A DNA stretch of 64,000 nt from the human T2T-CHM13v2.0 reference genome, Homo sapiens: assembly GCF_009914755.1 (NCBI RefSeq), contig NC_060946.1. One strand, 5' to 3'. Under the pieces are notes generated by a model that worked only from the letters and a program-made list of their open reading frames with translations, had not been told where the DNA came from and made no database searches. A program made the translations under genes and the position numbers. Each line of letters starts with the position of its first letter. The stretch's first letter is position 1. Shown here in pieces: positions 1 through 16,170 of the stretch.

Positions 1-438
1 GACAAGCTGCTCTTTAATGCCAAACAGTGCTGGAGCCTTTGGAAATCAATTTATTAATGCAAAAAATATGTAAAATGTGTATTTAATAATTAATTGGGGG
101 CTTCTCATCTGGAAGGTAAAGTTCCTGGGAAGAGAGTGTGATATTGAGTCGAAAATGAGTCTCAGCTCCACCTCTGTAATTCAGCTATTTGTCCCCTCTG
201 AGAGCCACTGTCCTTGTCTGTAAGGCAGTACAACATGGGCTCTCATTACCTCCCAGGGTATTAAGAGGCTCGGGGCGACAGCTGTGAAAGAATTTTGAGA
301 AAGTGCAAAGTGACAGACAAATGAGTCATCCCTGGTCTTTCCAAGGACAGGGACTCATCTGGCACTTCTTTTGCACATTTCAGACTGTCTGGCACCCAGT
401 GGTTGACTGATTATTTCTTCCTAAAGAAACTGAACTCA

Positions 439-777
<339 letters not shown>

Positions 778-780
778 TCA

Positions 781-1100
781 GCCAGGCACGGTGGTTCACG
801 CCTGGAAATCTCAACACTTTGAAAGGCCAAAGCAGGTGGATCACTTGAGGCCACCCTGGGCAACACAGTGAGACCACCATCTCTAAAAAAAAAAAAAAGA
901 AAAATTAGCCAGGGGTGGTGGTACACACCTGTAGTCCCAGCTACTCAAGAAGCTGAGGTGGGAGGATCACTTGAGCCCAGGAGCTGGAGGCTGCAGTGAG
1001 CTACGATCATACTGCTGCACTCCAGGCTGGGTGACAGAGTGAGACCTGGTCTCTAAAAGAACTTTAAAAATTAAAAATAAGAAAGAATCTAAAAAAGAAA
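781..1100 (+). mobile_element. AluJ-type SINE
   Basis: Diverged Alu dimer with J-type GGATCACTTGAGCCCAGG right arm. Confidence 0.9.
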
Positions 1101-1485
1101 AAAAGAAACTGAGCTCCAATACCGGAATTCAATGCTGAATGAGTTCTGTGAACTCTGAACAAGGGCTACACGTGAGGGAGACTGTTCCTGCACACACTCC
1201 AGACCTGAACTCACTCTCACGGGCTACCCTGGGTGCCATGCAAGATGAATCAGAAGCATGCCATCCGAATTCCAACAAGTGATTTTGAAATAAACTTTTA
1301 GAATGGGGTGGTGTGTGCTGAGTTATTCTGGATTCTTTCCCATCACAATGGCAAAAACATGTAAGAAAATATGTTTCCCATGTAGTTCCTCTGAATTTAT
1401 TTCTTTTCCAAAATAATGACATTACAGCATGGCTATTTTAGTGTCACTTTTTGGAAAGAAACAAATTCAAGGGAGGCAAACATAC

Positions 1486-1531
1486 CTCCTTCTCCTTCCT
1501 CCCAAAGGCCTGCTGAATTAAGAGGTGGAAG
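1486..1531 (-). other. Candidate 46-nt exon of the unidentified minus-strand host
   Basis: ccttgtttctgcgttgttacag|CTTCCAC...GAAGGAG|gtatgt; open as FHLLIQQAFGRKEKE or LPPLNSAGLWEEGEG. Confidence 0.4.
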
Positions 1532-1713
1532 CTGTAACAACGCAGAAACAAGGCCGCACCGCCCATGGTGGAGGACGTGCTGGAAGAGAGCAGCCAGGTG
1601 TGCACCAGGAGAAGAAAACCACCTAAAAACGCCAGTGCTGGAGACAGGCCTTGGCAGGGTAGGAACGCCAAGCTCAGGGTTGAGAAATGCAAAGTTGTGA
1701 GTGGCAGGGGTGA

Positions 1714-1998
<285 letters not shown>

Positions 1999-2022
1999 AG
2001 GGTCATTTTTAAAAATGTATTT

Positions 2023-2332
2023 GGGCCAGGTGCAGTGGCTCACGCCTGTAATCCCAGCACTTTGGGAGGCCGAGAAGGGCAGATCATGAGGTCAGGAGAT
2101 AGAGACCATCTTGGCTAACACGGTGAAACCCTGTCTCTACTAAAAATACAAAAAGTTAGCCAGGCGTGGTGGCACACGCCTGTAGTTCTAGCTGCTCGGG
2201 AGGCTGAGCCAGGAGAATCATTTGAACCCAGGAGGTGGAGGCTGCAGTGAGCCGAGATTGTGTCACTGTCGCCCACCCTGGGCGACAGTGTGAGACTCCG
2301 TCTCAAAAAAGAAAAAAGAAAAAAAAAAAAAA
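2023..2332 (+). mobile_element. AluS-type SINE
   Basis: Full Alu dimer with A-tail. Confidence 0.95.
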
Positions 2333-2662
2333 AGCTGCATTTGGAGCCAAGCCATCAAGTACAGATGACTTTCAGGGAAACCCACCTGGGGCATTGCCCA
2401 GACTCTTACAGAGATGTGGCCACTCTCCCATTTAGGGGAAGGGCCAAGAGGGAACCAGCTCAGCTTCCTATGCCATCAGCCCTACCCTTTCATAAAGTTC
2501 AAACTGAAATCAGGGGAAAACAAATACTTGAGGGAACAAGAGAGAAATTCTAATGAAATCTGATGAGAATTCTTGGAGAGACTCAAGGGTTATGTACCCA
2601 TAAAACACAAACAGGCTGCTATGAAAAGGGAGCAATCAGGAGCCAGAAAATAGCTTTTCTAA

Positions 2663-2988
<326 letters not shown>

Positions 2989-3654
2989 TAAGGGGCACTT
3001 CTCAGGAATCTGGGAATCCGGGAATGACTGAGGTATTGAAAACAGTTCCAGATCTCAGATTCCAGTGACTTCTGCCAGCAATGTATGTAAGTACAGTGAG
3101 TCAGAGCCATTCCTTAGATGGTGTGCAGAGTCTCAGAGGTTAACAGAGGTTGCTAAGGTGACCGTGGCACAGGCTGGAAGCTGGCATAACCTCCTTCCTC
3201 CCCTTTGGGCTTGATAACAGATATCAGGTAAACAAATGATGTATTCACAAGGACATCCAGCTCCCCCTTAACACCCTTAATTTATTCCACAACCAGACAA
3301 AAGAACAGGTCATTTTTTAGGCCAAAAGGCTATTTTCATAAAGCAAGAACATTCTGAGTAAAAAGACCATGTTGCTCATCTCTCCTGAAAGCTGGCCTCG
3401 GGAGAAAGCCCCCGATACCCCGCTCTAATCCTCTAACTGCAGAGGTAGGCAGAGGTGGACATCCTCGCTGCCACGGCCCGAGCACACCTGGCTGGCTGGG
3501 TTCTGGCCGCTCCACAGGCCTTGCACTGAGCACAGGCTGACCTGCAGCTCGTTTCCTCTTCACTATCTGGGGGGAGATTCTTCAGTGGTTGGGAAATAAC
3601 GATTTATTCTAAGCCAATGTTTGGGCCCAAGGTGAGAGGGCCCTTTGATAAGGG

Positions 3655-3970
3655 ACATATTTACCATGTGAACATCTACCATGTGCCAGGCACTCTTCTA
3701 AGCTGGGGGAGGGGCAGTGGACAAGGCAGACTGGGTCCCTGCCCTCCTGGGGCTGACATCCTACTAGGGCAGATTGGCACACAGCAAAGTAAAAACAGCT
3801 ATATGGTGTGAAAAGCACCAGGACACAGAGAAGTAGGGCACTCTAAAAGACCTGGGGGTGGGGCGGGCTTACTGAGATAGAATGCGAGCTCTCTGAGGAC
3901 TGCAGGAAGATGGGCAGTGGGCATGAGAAGGACAGGGGAGGGGTCTTTCCGGCAGAGGCAGAGGGAGTGA
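3655..3970 (-). mobile_element. L2 LINE 3' fragment
   Basis: CATGTGCCAGGCACTCTTCTAAGC...GTCCCTGCCCTCCTGGGGCTGAC resembles the antisense L2 3' end. Confidence 0.6.
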
Positions 3971-4075
3971 GTGTTGTGGCTGTCCCAGCACCCAACAAAG
4001 CGGAAGCTCACATGCTTCTGTGGGGCAGGGTGCACTTTAGAAAGGACTAATCTGGCATCATAGATAAGCTGCATG

Positions 4076-4672
<597 letters not shown>

Positions 4673-4699
4673 TCAACTATTTCCTCTAAAAATTTATCC

Positions 4700-5032
<333 letters not shown>

Positions 5033-5258
5033 TCATGAATGGCCCCATACTAGAAGGAAGGGAGGTTCCCACAAGACCCCCAGGCCCCAGCTTTAGGGAG
5101 CGGGGGAGGTCCATGAGCACCTCCTGGACCGGCCTTGCCTCCAAAAAGCCAAGGACATGACCAGACCCCCTGCATCTCTCCACTGTCAGTGCCACTATCA
5201 CCTCTCCTTTGTGTGGCTGCAGTCTTCTTCCCTCTAACAGAGCTCCCAGCTTCCCACA

Positions 5259-5522
5259 GTAACTCAGTGTTTTGTATCTGTGCTACTGTTTTTAAAAATT
5301 AGAACATATTAATTTCATACTTGTACATACAACTGTAGCTGTATGCACTGCTGCATGCTTTCTCAATGCATGATATATTTAACAATCTGACTTCAGTCCA
5401 CTCTGAACAGTGTGACCCTCTCAAAATGCAAGGCAGACCACATTGCTGCTCTTAAGCCCCCCATGCAGAGTAAAAGCCCAGGTCCTCCCAGCCCGCATCT
5501 GCTCACCTCCACCGAGCTACTT
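5259..5522 (+). repeat. Local direct duplication, copy 2
   Basis: Aligns to 4076-4347. Confidence 0.9.
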
Positions 5523-5694
5523 TGTCCTCAGACCCTGCTCTCCAACCCGCCACCACTGCTGTCCACCCTACACCAAGCTCCACTTGGCTCCTCCGCTGGT
5601 CTGGGCACTGCCAGGCACAGTGAATGTGCTCGTCTCCTCCCTGAAATGGTCTCCCTCCTGCCCCACAGGCCTGTATCAGCCCCCACCCCAGTGA

Positions 5695-5989
<295 letters not shown>

Positions 5990-6106
5990 CCAGTGAGAAC
6001 TTTTCTAACCCTGCCCCAGCCCCCTCAGACCCCCTCCCTGCTTTATTTTTCTCTCCCAAGCACTTACCACCTCCTAACGAGCTACATAATTTACTTAAAT
6101 GTTTTA

Positions 6107-6443
<337 letters not shown>

Positions 6444-7363
6444 GTATCAGCTCTAGGAGGGCAGGGACAAATGTCAGCTGTGATCACTGCTACAGCCCCA
6501 GCATCCAGTGTCAAACACAAAGCAGTTGCTTTGTAAATTGCTGGATGAATTCAGGACAAGAAAAGTTGAAGAGCCTGGGTAATTTTGATTTATGGAGACT
6601 GAGGATTCAAAGATGGAAAATAATGAGAGCATTTATGTGAAGGTGCTATAACTCTAATGGTTAGAATTCTTTCGTAAACACTACTGCACATGTTAATCTA
6701 AACCACACATGGGTTTAGCAACCACGGTTGGGGGCTGTGTGGTTCTACCCTGCCTGTCTACCACCGGCCTCACGGGAGGCCCTCCTGCTGCCTGACAACC
6801 CAGCTGCGGCCCATGGGTCCCTGGGCCCTCTATGTCACCAGCCTTGGCTCAGCTCGGGCTATTCATGTATGTCCAGTCAGTCTCCTGGAAGAATGGGGTC
6901 TCTTGCTTGTCTCTACCACCCAGGTCACCCCCTATAAGCCAGTGGGCGCTCAGGAAGTAAGGCCCACATTAAGATAGTGCTTTGCACCATTAGCAAAGCT
7001 GGGATGTTTTTTAAGAGCTCAACTACCTGGCACAACTCATTTTGTTTCCAGTGATTTCATCTGGAAAAGTGAACATTCCTCAAAGGAAGAGATAAGAGAT
7101 CAGCAAATAAAGTGACTTATATCTCTCTGGAACATGGTGTAGTACATTTGATTCAACAACGGGAAACAGCTTGCGCATTGCAAGATGCTTGGGCTTAAAG
7201 GCTGGCCCCTCCCTCAAGGGAATCACACTGAGGCCTAGAGCTCAGCAGGTCCTAGGCCCTCCAGAAGCACCCATCGGCCTGGGCAGGGTGGGGCAGAACA
7301 CACTCAAAGGTGCTTCCAGAGATTAAAAAAACAGCCAGCATCTCCAGGCAGACACAACTCATT

Positions 7364-7377
7364 GTTGCTATAGAAAC
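7364..7377. promoter_or_regulatory. RFX X-box-like motif
   Basis: GTTGCTATAGAAAC versus consensus GTTRCYATRGYAAC. Confidence 0.4.
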
Positions 7378-7639
7378 CATCACCGAAAACCAGAGGATTT
7401 CAAACCACCTCATGGCACAGAACTATCCACTGCAAACTGAAGAAAAACAGTGGGAGGAAGGGGAATCTTAGGAACTCCACGAGGACACAGAATCACTTCA
7501 AAGAAACACAGCACAGACTCTCCAATATCTCTGTTAAGAAGAAAAGAGAAAAAGAGAGGGGGGAAAACACATCTTGTTTCACTCAACATGACAGACCAAG
7601 CCCTCTTCTTCCCACAGGAAAAAAAAAAAAATCATTCTG

Positions 7640-7803
7640 GAGCTGAGTGCACCTGTGGTCCCAGCTCCTCAGGAGGCTGAGGTGGGAGGACTGCTTGAGC
7701 CTAGGAGTTCAAGGCTGCAGTGAGCTATGATCACACCTGTGAATAGCCACTGCACTCCTGCCTCGGCAACATAGAGAGACCCTATCTCTTAAAAAAAAAA
7801 AAA
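7640..7803 (+). mobile_element. Alu monomer (FRAM/FAM-like)
   Basis: Single arm with GCACCTGTGGTCCCAGC...GTGAATAGCCACTGCACTC and A-tail. Confidence 0.8.
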
Positions 7804-8196
7804 TGCTTGGAGGAGGTTAAGGAAAAACAAACAACAGAGCAACCTCAGTGCAGTTCTTCTGCTTACCACACCTGGCTGGGCTCCTCGGCAGCTCTGAAGC
7901 TCACGATTCCTGTTCAGGAGAACCTCTGGCTCTCCTCTTTCCAGCCTCCCCACACTGCCAAGCCCATGATGATTTTAAGTCCAAATGTTGGCTAGCACAG
8001 AGCTGTCAAGGCCAACAGGGGCTCCTCATGGCCAGTTCTGTCCCACCAGCCTCCGCTCTCCTCATTTAGCCCTTGCTTCTCCCATCATCTATGGACTGAC
8101 TTCACTGTCCTTGCAGCCAACAAGCCATCCTGTGTTCTGCTTTCCTCAGCTGCATAAGCAGCATTTCTCCCTGTTGTCTGGGTATCTTCCAGTTAC

Positions 8197-8832
<636 letters not shown>

Positions 8833-11049
8833 TCAGTCATTTTTAATGGCTGTAAAACGTCATGTCATGGTCCCATACTCCACTGAGCCGAGCCCTCATG
8901 TCCAGATGTTTGGGTTTCCAGGTAGTCCTCAGGCGGAGCCCAGGTTGGGGATGTCATGGCACATGCAGCTTCCACTTCTGTCCCACTGTTTCCCTGAGGC
9001 TCTCTGGCTCACACATTCCAAAGAGAGTTGAAGAACCTCTGGATACAGTTTAAAGAGCAAGATTTCAATCTGACATCCTCAATCTACACTTAAGGGGCAA
9101 ACCATAAACCCTTGAGAAAGGACGGGAACACACCCGGAGAGGCATAGGAGGAAAATGGCCCAAAGAAACACCTTGGCTAAAAAATGTCGCTGCCTCTGAA
9201 GTCCTTAAAGTGATTCACTGTCTCTTCACGTGCTGAATCTGAGAGTGCTGTAGGCGATGAAATATCACCTGCCATCTTACACATGCATCAGAAATGGACA
9301 GAAGGAGGAAAGAAAAGAAGGTGTTCACATAAAACAAGACTTCAGTTGCTGTGGAGGCAGGTGAGCCTCACATAGCTTCTAATTTCATGCATCAGAGTAC
9401 AGAAATCAGGTTGGTTTTGTTTTTATTTTTAAGAAACTTCAAATACATAAGCCTCATTTGTGAAATTTTAGATGTGAAACTCCTTTAATATGTAAGTTGT
9501 CAGAGTGTTTCACTGGGCCTGATGGACTGATGCTCATTAAACTCAGTAGATGGTGTTAATGTCTGAAGACAATGAAGTACACCCCAAAATAGTGGTGGAG
9601 GCACTTGTAGGTAATCAGGCTGGTGAAGGGAATCACTGGGTATACCCTACCTGGAACACCAAATTTAAGGAAAAATACACACAAATACATATACCTCTAA
9701 ACAAACAAAATCAATAAAGCTACACTGAACATAATTTCATTTTTGATAATTCTGAAGTCATTTTTTACACTTACAAAGAGCTCTCAGTGCCAAAATTTAG
9801 AAGCCTCATCCCAAATTTGCCATTAAACAGCAATGGGACATTGGGCAAGTCCCTTATCTTCTCAGCATCCAACTACTTTCACATGAAAAGAAGAGAGTGG
9901 GATTCAACAAGCTCTTAGAGTTCTCTGAGTTTAAAATGTTTTAAGACAGCCTCCTATAAGCAGGAGATTATGGAAGAATAAACGTGAATTAAAGCCGAGT
10001 AATTATAAGAGTGTGTATGTGCAGTGAGCATGGCTGCAAAGATCCTCCCTACTTCATCAGATCCAGGCCTGACGGCCGCCCTGTGCAACTATACTCACCA
10101 GGACCCCAATGTCCGGGCTTGAGCTCATTATCAGGGTCTCACTGTGAAACAAGCCACAGTCAGCATAAAGAAAGTCCATGCTTCCCAAGCACGTCCACAT
10201 CACATAAATTACTTACAATGTTGGTAACACAAGGTCTCATCTATGCTACAAGTCCTGCCCACATACAGAGGCTAAAATTTAAAGGGAAAGTCAACAGCAA
10301 TTAATATTTGTATCTTGCAAAACCAGTAAAAAGTGCTCTGACTCTGGGTCCCAGGACTTCTCATTGAAGATGCTGTCAATAGCTTCTGAGAACTGAAACA
10401 CAGTGACAGCACTGGGCTCAGTGGATTGTGAAATGTTCAGTGGGAGTGGCGTGCCTACGAATGGCTTGATCCTGCTTCCAAAGTACAGGCAAAAGAATGA
10501 GTATCTCAGAACTCCAAAACGATCCTGTCTGGTTTCTTTCCAGGTTCTTTTGTTCACCTTTTAGAATGGATGTCATACTAATCACACAGCTGGGGACATC
10601 TTTCCAATTGTGTGACGTCTGCTCCAGAATGATGGTCTACTTCAACTCGGACAAGGCAGGAGAGTGACCCGCCACCCGGGGCTCCAAACAGAGCCCTGCC
10701 CTTTCAGGTCTTCGTACCTCCCTTCACAGTATCCTTCTCCCTCAAACAGCCTCCCAGATGAGTGTCAAGATACTAATTATTCTTTAAGATCAAGATCAGA
10801 TGCCACCTCTTTCATAAAGACTTCCTTTATTCCCAAATGTCAGCTCTGCTGCCTGGCCTGCCTGCCTGTGTTCCTCTCACACAGGGCTCCTTCCAATCAA
10901 CCTCAGATGGAGGGCGGTCATCCAGGCATCTGTCTCTCCCAAGAGACCTAAGATCCTTGAGGGCAGGAACCACATGGAGTTTATTTTTGTGTCCCAATCC
11001 TAGCACAAAGTTCGCCGTGTTAAATATGAATGCCATGCTTTTCTCATCG

Positions 11050-11230
11050 CGAACCATGAGGTGACTTGGGAACAGAGCCATGCACAAAACGAGACAGAGG
11101 AAGTCTAGGTCTCTGACAGTGTGGTGTGCCCACCAGCCATGCCACCTCTGGACTCTGCAGATGAGAGGAATAAACTTCTCTTTAAGCCACTATTATTTTG
11201 AGGGTCTCTGTGACATGCAGCCTAACTCAC
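11050..11230 (+). mobile_element. MLT1-type (MaLR) LTR 3' fragment
   Basis: GAGAGGAATAAACTTCTCTTTAAGCCACTATTATTTTG...GCAGCCTAAC. Confidence 0.6.
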
Positions 11231-11699
11231 ACACTTTCCTGCTACCTGTGCTCTCTGCCCCAATTCCACAGCCACAACATGCAGCAGCACCAGGACCTCT
11301 GGGTTTGGGCCCTGGACACACTCAGCACCTTTGTCTCAGCTCTCAGACCTTCTCTGGACCCTCCTGTCCTCGTGTCTCACGCAGAGCCTAGCACAGATGA
11401 GGCACCCACTCAATCCTGACCCAAGAAGTACATGGATACCCACGTTCACACCACATAAACAAGGGAAAAAGTTATTCAATAAACTAATTTTGAAAATGAT
11501 TGTCTTTTAAATTAATCAAAATGTTTCTAAAATGCATTTGGAAGTATGAAAGTAGGTCATTTTGAAATAACAAAAGGCACGCTCATAAAAAGCAAAAATA
11601 CCTCCATGGTTTTGGTTATCCAATTTCTCAATCTGGTTTGGGTCAGTGGGAAAGTTTAAGAATTAAAAAATGAAAGTTTTTGACAGTTCAAGTTCAAAA

Positions 11700-11840
11700 G
11701 TAAATTTATAGATGAAGAAACAGAGGCATAAGAGTGTTTAAATAACGTGCCCAAGTCACACAACTAGTAAGGGGCAGAGCTTGGATTCAAACCCAGACCA
11801 GGTGCTCCAGAGCCTCCCTGAGCCACCAGGCTGTGCTGCC
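11700..11840 (-). mobile_element. MIR SINE
   Basis: TTTATAGATGAAGAAACAGAGGC...GCCCAAGTCACACAACTAGTAAG. Confidence 0.75.
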
Positions 11841-12939
11841 TCCTGCATGAGACACAGGCAACAAAAGACACCAAGGAAAGGCAGAGGTGAGTCACGTGTG
11901 CGTGACTCTGAAGAGTGACAGGCTGGATGCTAAGGGAGGCAGCATGCCAACCCGAGTCCAACAAGAGTAGAATGTTGACAGGAATTCTTTCATTCACTCA
12001 TTCATTCGCTCAGTGTTCACTGCATGCCTATTCCAGACGCCTGCCTGCTCAAACAGCTCAAGGTGTTGAGGGAGGCAGACACCTAACTCACACCTGCCTT
12101 GTTCACAGTTGTATCCCACGGCTGGGCACAGCACCTGGCTTACACGAGGCAATGATATGTGAGAAGCAGCAATGAATGAATCCCAGCCTTGCTGCAAACC
12201 AGCTGGGTAACCAGGGGCACGTTACTTAACCTTCCTGAACCTTAGTTTCCTCATCCAGAAAACAAAACTAACACTGCCTACCACTCCTTGGGATTGTTGG
12301 AGGACTGAAGTAGCTGCTTTCCACCCAGGGAAGTGAGGAAATGGCTTCCAAGCCAGCGACACCAAGGTGAACCTTGGATGGGAATGGGGCAGGTGCAGAG
12401 TGGGAGAGGCAGGAGGTGTCCGAGACAGAAGAGACCTTAGGTGATGGGAAGGTAGTGGAGGAACACAGTCAGCGTCAATGGAACCAGCCAGGGTTCAGAG
12501 GGCTCCACAAAGCCGATGGCTGCCCTGAAACAGGAACAGCGAGGAAGGAAGGAGGAACTGGTATATTTCTACACAGAAATCCCCATGTGGTTTAAACTTG
12601 ATGAGTTTCTCATAATGTGTAATCTTCCAGCTGCTGGCTAGGCTGAGAACTATTTCACACACTATTAATAGTTACATTTTTTAATTTAACAGAGCCATGC
12701 AGAGATCACGTTGTTATTATTATGGTTAACAACCAGGGTATATTCACTTACACAATCCCTCTCTTCCAAAACAGCCCAGAAAATGTCACAAAACCCCCAA
12801 TTGTAAGGAACACAGGTGGTATTAATAACCCTAAATTTTCAAAGCTAAAATGAAAACGTTTAATGTTTTCCCATGGAAACTCAACGTTAAAGAGAACAGA
12901 AAACCTATCCTCACTTCCAGTTTCTAGCCTCTTCAGGGC

Positions 12940-13400
12940 AATATTTGTAAATACTCAAATCATGTCACTTCCCTTCTCTAAACCATCACATCACTTCAAC
13001 CCTAACTCCTCCGCTGTACTGCAAATCCCGTCATGACCCGGCCCCTGCCTGCCCTTCCACCCATTCCCCAACTACTCTCCCTTACCTGCTGGCCCTTCTC
13101 TGTCCCAGCACAGGATCTTCTCTCTGTTTCTTCAACATAATAAGCTCATCCCTGCCTCAGAGCCTTTGCACATGCTGTTCCCTCTGCCAGGAATGTTCTT
13201 CCCTGAGACAAGCGTATGGCCGGCTCCCCCTCACACCATTTGGGGCATCCCTTAGAGAATCTAGCCACACCTCCCACCACCACCAACTCTAGCCTGTTAC
13301 CTTCTAACTCTTTTTATATTTCCTCAAAGCACATACCACTACCTCAGTTTTTACCTGTGTACAGTCTGCTTTCCCCTCTAGACAGTGAATTCCAGAAGCG
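12940..13400 (+). mobile_element. L2 LINE fragment
   Basis: CCTGCCTCAGAGCCTTTGCACATGCTGTTCCCTCTGCCAGGAATG. Confidence 0.7.
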
Positions 13401-13566
13401 TATCTCACATATGACAACAGGTCCTTTCTAACATTTGTTGAAACTGACAGCGACACACTTGGGGATCTTTACAAGTGAAATGGTGGGACAGTAAAGTGTT
13501 GACTTGATAAAAGGATATCAAATAAGACCTTTAGGATAATGTACTATTGGTATCAATTTTACTCAC

Positions 13567-13587
13567 GAAGACCATATACTGACATAT
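13567..13587 (-). other. Candidate 21-nt micro-exon
   Basis: Branch-like aCTAAT, then cttttttctctcctgtgtaatccaag|ATATGTCAGTATATGGTCTTC|gtgagt. Confidence 0.35.
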
Positions 13588-14970
13588 CTTGGATTACACA
13601 GGAGAGAAAAAAGATTAGTTACTCGGATTATTAACTACAAATGTTTATTGAGCTGAGAGCAAAACAATTTTTTGATGATTCTTACAAAGTCAATTCTAAA
13701 AAAAAAAAAAAGGAAAAAGCCAATTCTTCCACAATGGCCAGCTTGTAGAGCCACTAAGTCAGAAGCACTTCCCACCTGGAGCCTCCTGGGCAGCCCCCAG
13801 GACACCCCCCTGTCCACATGCCACTAGAAGTCCACACTTTCCACACTTTTATTTTGCTTTTGATCTTCAAAAAGGGGTCCTCTCTGAATCAGAGGAACCA
13901 ACTGTGTTAGGAGACGAAATGTCCAATCAGTTACGCAGCACTTTAAATTCTCAAGTATCAAGAGTTGCTGTATCATTGAATCAGCATTTATATTTACAGT
14001 AGAATTTGAAAACACCTGGCAAAGCCAAGTTCCCATAATTAAGTCCAAAGCACATATTCAGAACCTAGTCTATTATTATCTTTATGTGTCAGAGGAAAAC
14101 CTTGTTATCCCTGAAAAGTTGAGGTCTAAGACTTTAAGAAATTGGAAACAAACTATCTCTATGGTTCCATATACCTCCCCAACTTTCCTTAAATCCTGAA
14201 CAACTCTTTAAGAAATATATATTTCTCAAAGCAATGAGATGTAGAAAGGTACCTCTCTGAATAATCCTGCATGCCTGGAGGGCGGGCAAAGCCGACTTCA
14301 CCAGTGACTGCCAAGCCCAGCATTGTTTTTCTCTGGACTGCAGATTCTCAAAACAAGAGACCTGCCCAAAGTGGAAGCCTCAATTCAAGTCCAAAAATAA
14401 ATGACAAAATAAATAAGAGCAACAGAACACACCCATGTTCATGTTTGAGGGGACCAAAGAACCAAGGGTGGTCTGTTAGATGTCTAGACCAAAATGTATA
14501 ACACCAACTCCTCCCAAGCAAAAGCAGCAGCCTGTCCGTCCTATACTCTCAACCGTGGCGCCTAAAGGGGAAGTGGCTCCACACAGATGACATAGGTCCA
14601 CCCACTCAAACCCCAACGGGGCCCTCACAGCCCCCGCACCCTGCACCGTCCTTCACAGAACCAGACCCTCTTTCTTCCCAGCATCTGCAAGTGGCAGAAC
14701 AACGGACTTTTCCCATTTGGAGAAAAATGCTATTGCAGCTGGAGAAACATTCTTGGAAGTTATGAATAAGATATTCTGATTGTAAGGAATTGTAAATGTG
14801 ATGCTGAAGTGTGTGAAAGTATGAACAAGCAGACGAGGAAATATTATGGCGCCATGGTAACAGAAACTATGGAAGAAACTCCAGTTCACAGAACTGTTTA
14901 AAAATAAACCGGATACTCAAATACCAGTGAAAAGCTACAATGACTCACACTGTTCTCCTCAAATACTTAC

Positions 14971-15007
14971 AAGAACAGCCAGTTCTTTAACACACTTGTC
15001 TTCCAGG
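14971..15007 (-). other. Candidate 37-nt exon
   Basis: Long pyrimidine tract...ggggaaaaag|CCTGGAAG...GTTCTT|gtaagt. Confidence 0.3.
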
Positions 15008-15790
15008 CTTTTTCCCCATTGGAGAAATGTGAGACAAAGAGAGTAAAAAGGAGCTTTGAAATTTTCTCTAATTTTACCAGCAAGTTGATCTGAATAACAA
15101 CTTATATGTTTTAGAGTTGAGATGGGAGTATGGAAACGTGCAGAGAGCACTGAGGCTTTGAATAAAAACCATACTAAATTCAAAACATATAACCGAGGCC
15201 CAGAGTATGCTCAACTGTGTGCCCAAATACCAGTCAATCTGGTAAAGAGCTACAGCACAATTTCTACGGGAAACGCAAGACCTTCAAGGCACTGTGTGTG
15301 TGCAGATCGCCTTTTCCCTTCTTTTCCCTTCTTGGCTTCTGTGTACTCCCCCTCCTTTGGGCCCTGCCTCAGCTGCACATCCTCCAACTACACTTGCACA
15401 CCTTTCAATGTGGCAGCTGCACACAGAACACCTCCTGGGGCCTCCCCACTCTGGCTTCCCAGCCTGCCCAGCAGCCTTGCCCCTCATGGGCTGGCCCTGA
15501 TAGCCACACGTGCAGCACACTGCCACCTGAGACTGCCGCCTTGCTGGTCAACTCCCACCTACCTTGCAAGGCCCAGTTTGAGTGTCATCTCCTCCAAGAA
15601 GCCCCCCACCGTTCTAGTGACCCTTTGCCCACCACTGTCCCGTTATAGTTCCTCTATGGTGCCATTATTTGGCCCCCATTCCTCTTTCCCCAACCAAGTT
15701 GTTAACCCTGGTAGATCAGACCATACTCGAGTCACCTGCCTTCCCTAGTGCCTATCACGGTACCCACAGCTCCTCAGTGAGGGTCACTGA

Positions 15791-16170
<380 letters not shown>

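Noticed and set aside
15122-15748. 208-aa plus-strand ORF
   Set aside because: Low-information Pro/Ser/Leu-rich reading that partly overlaps L2-like sequence, with no recognisable domain.
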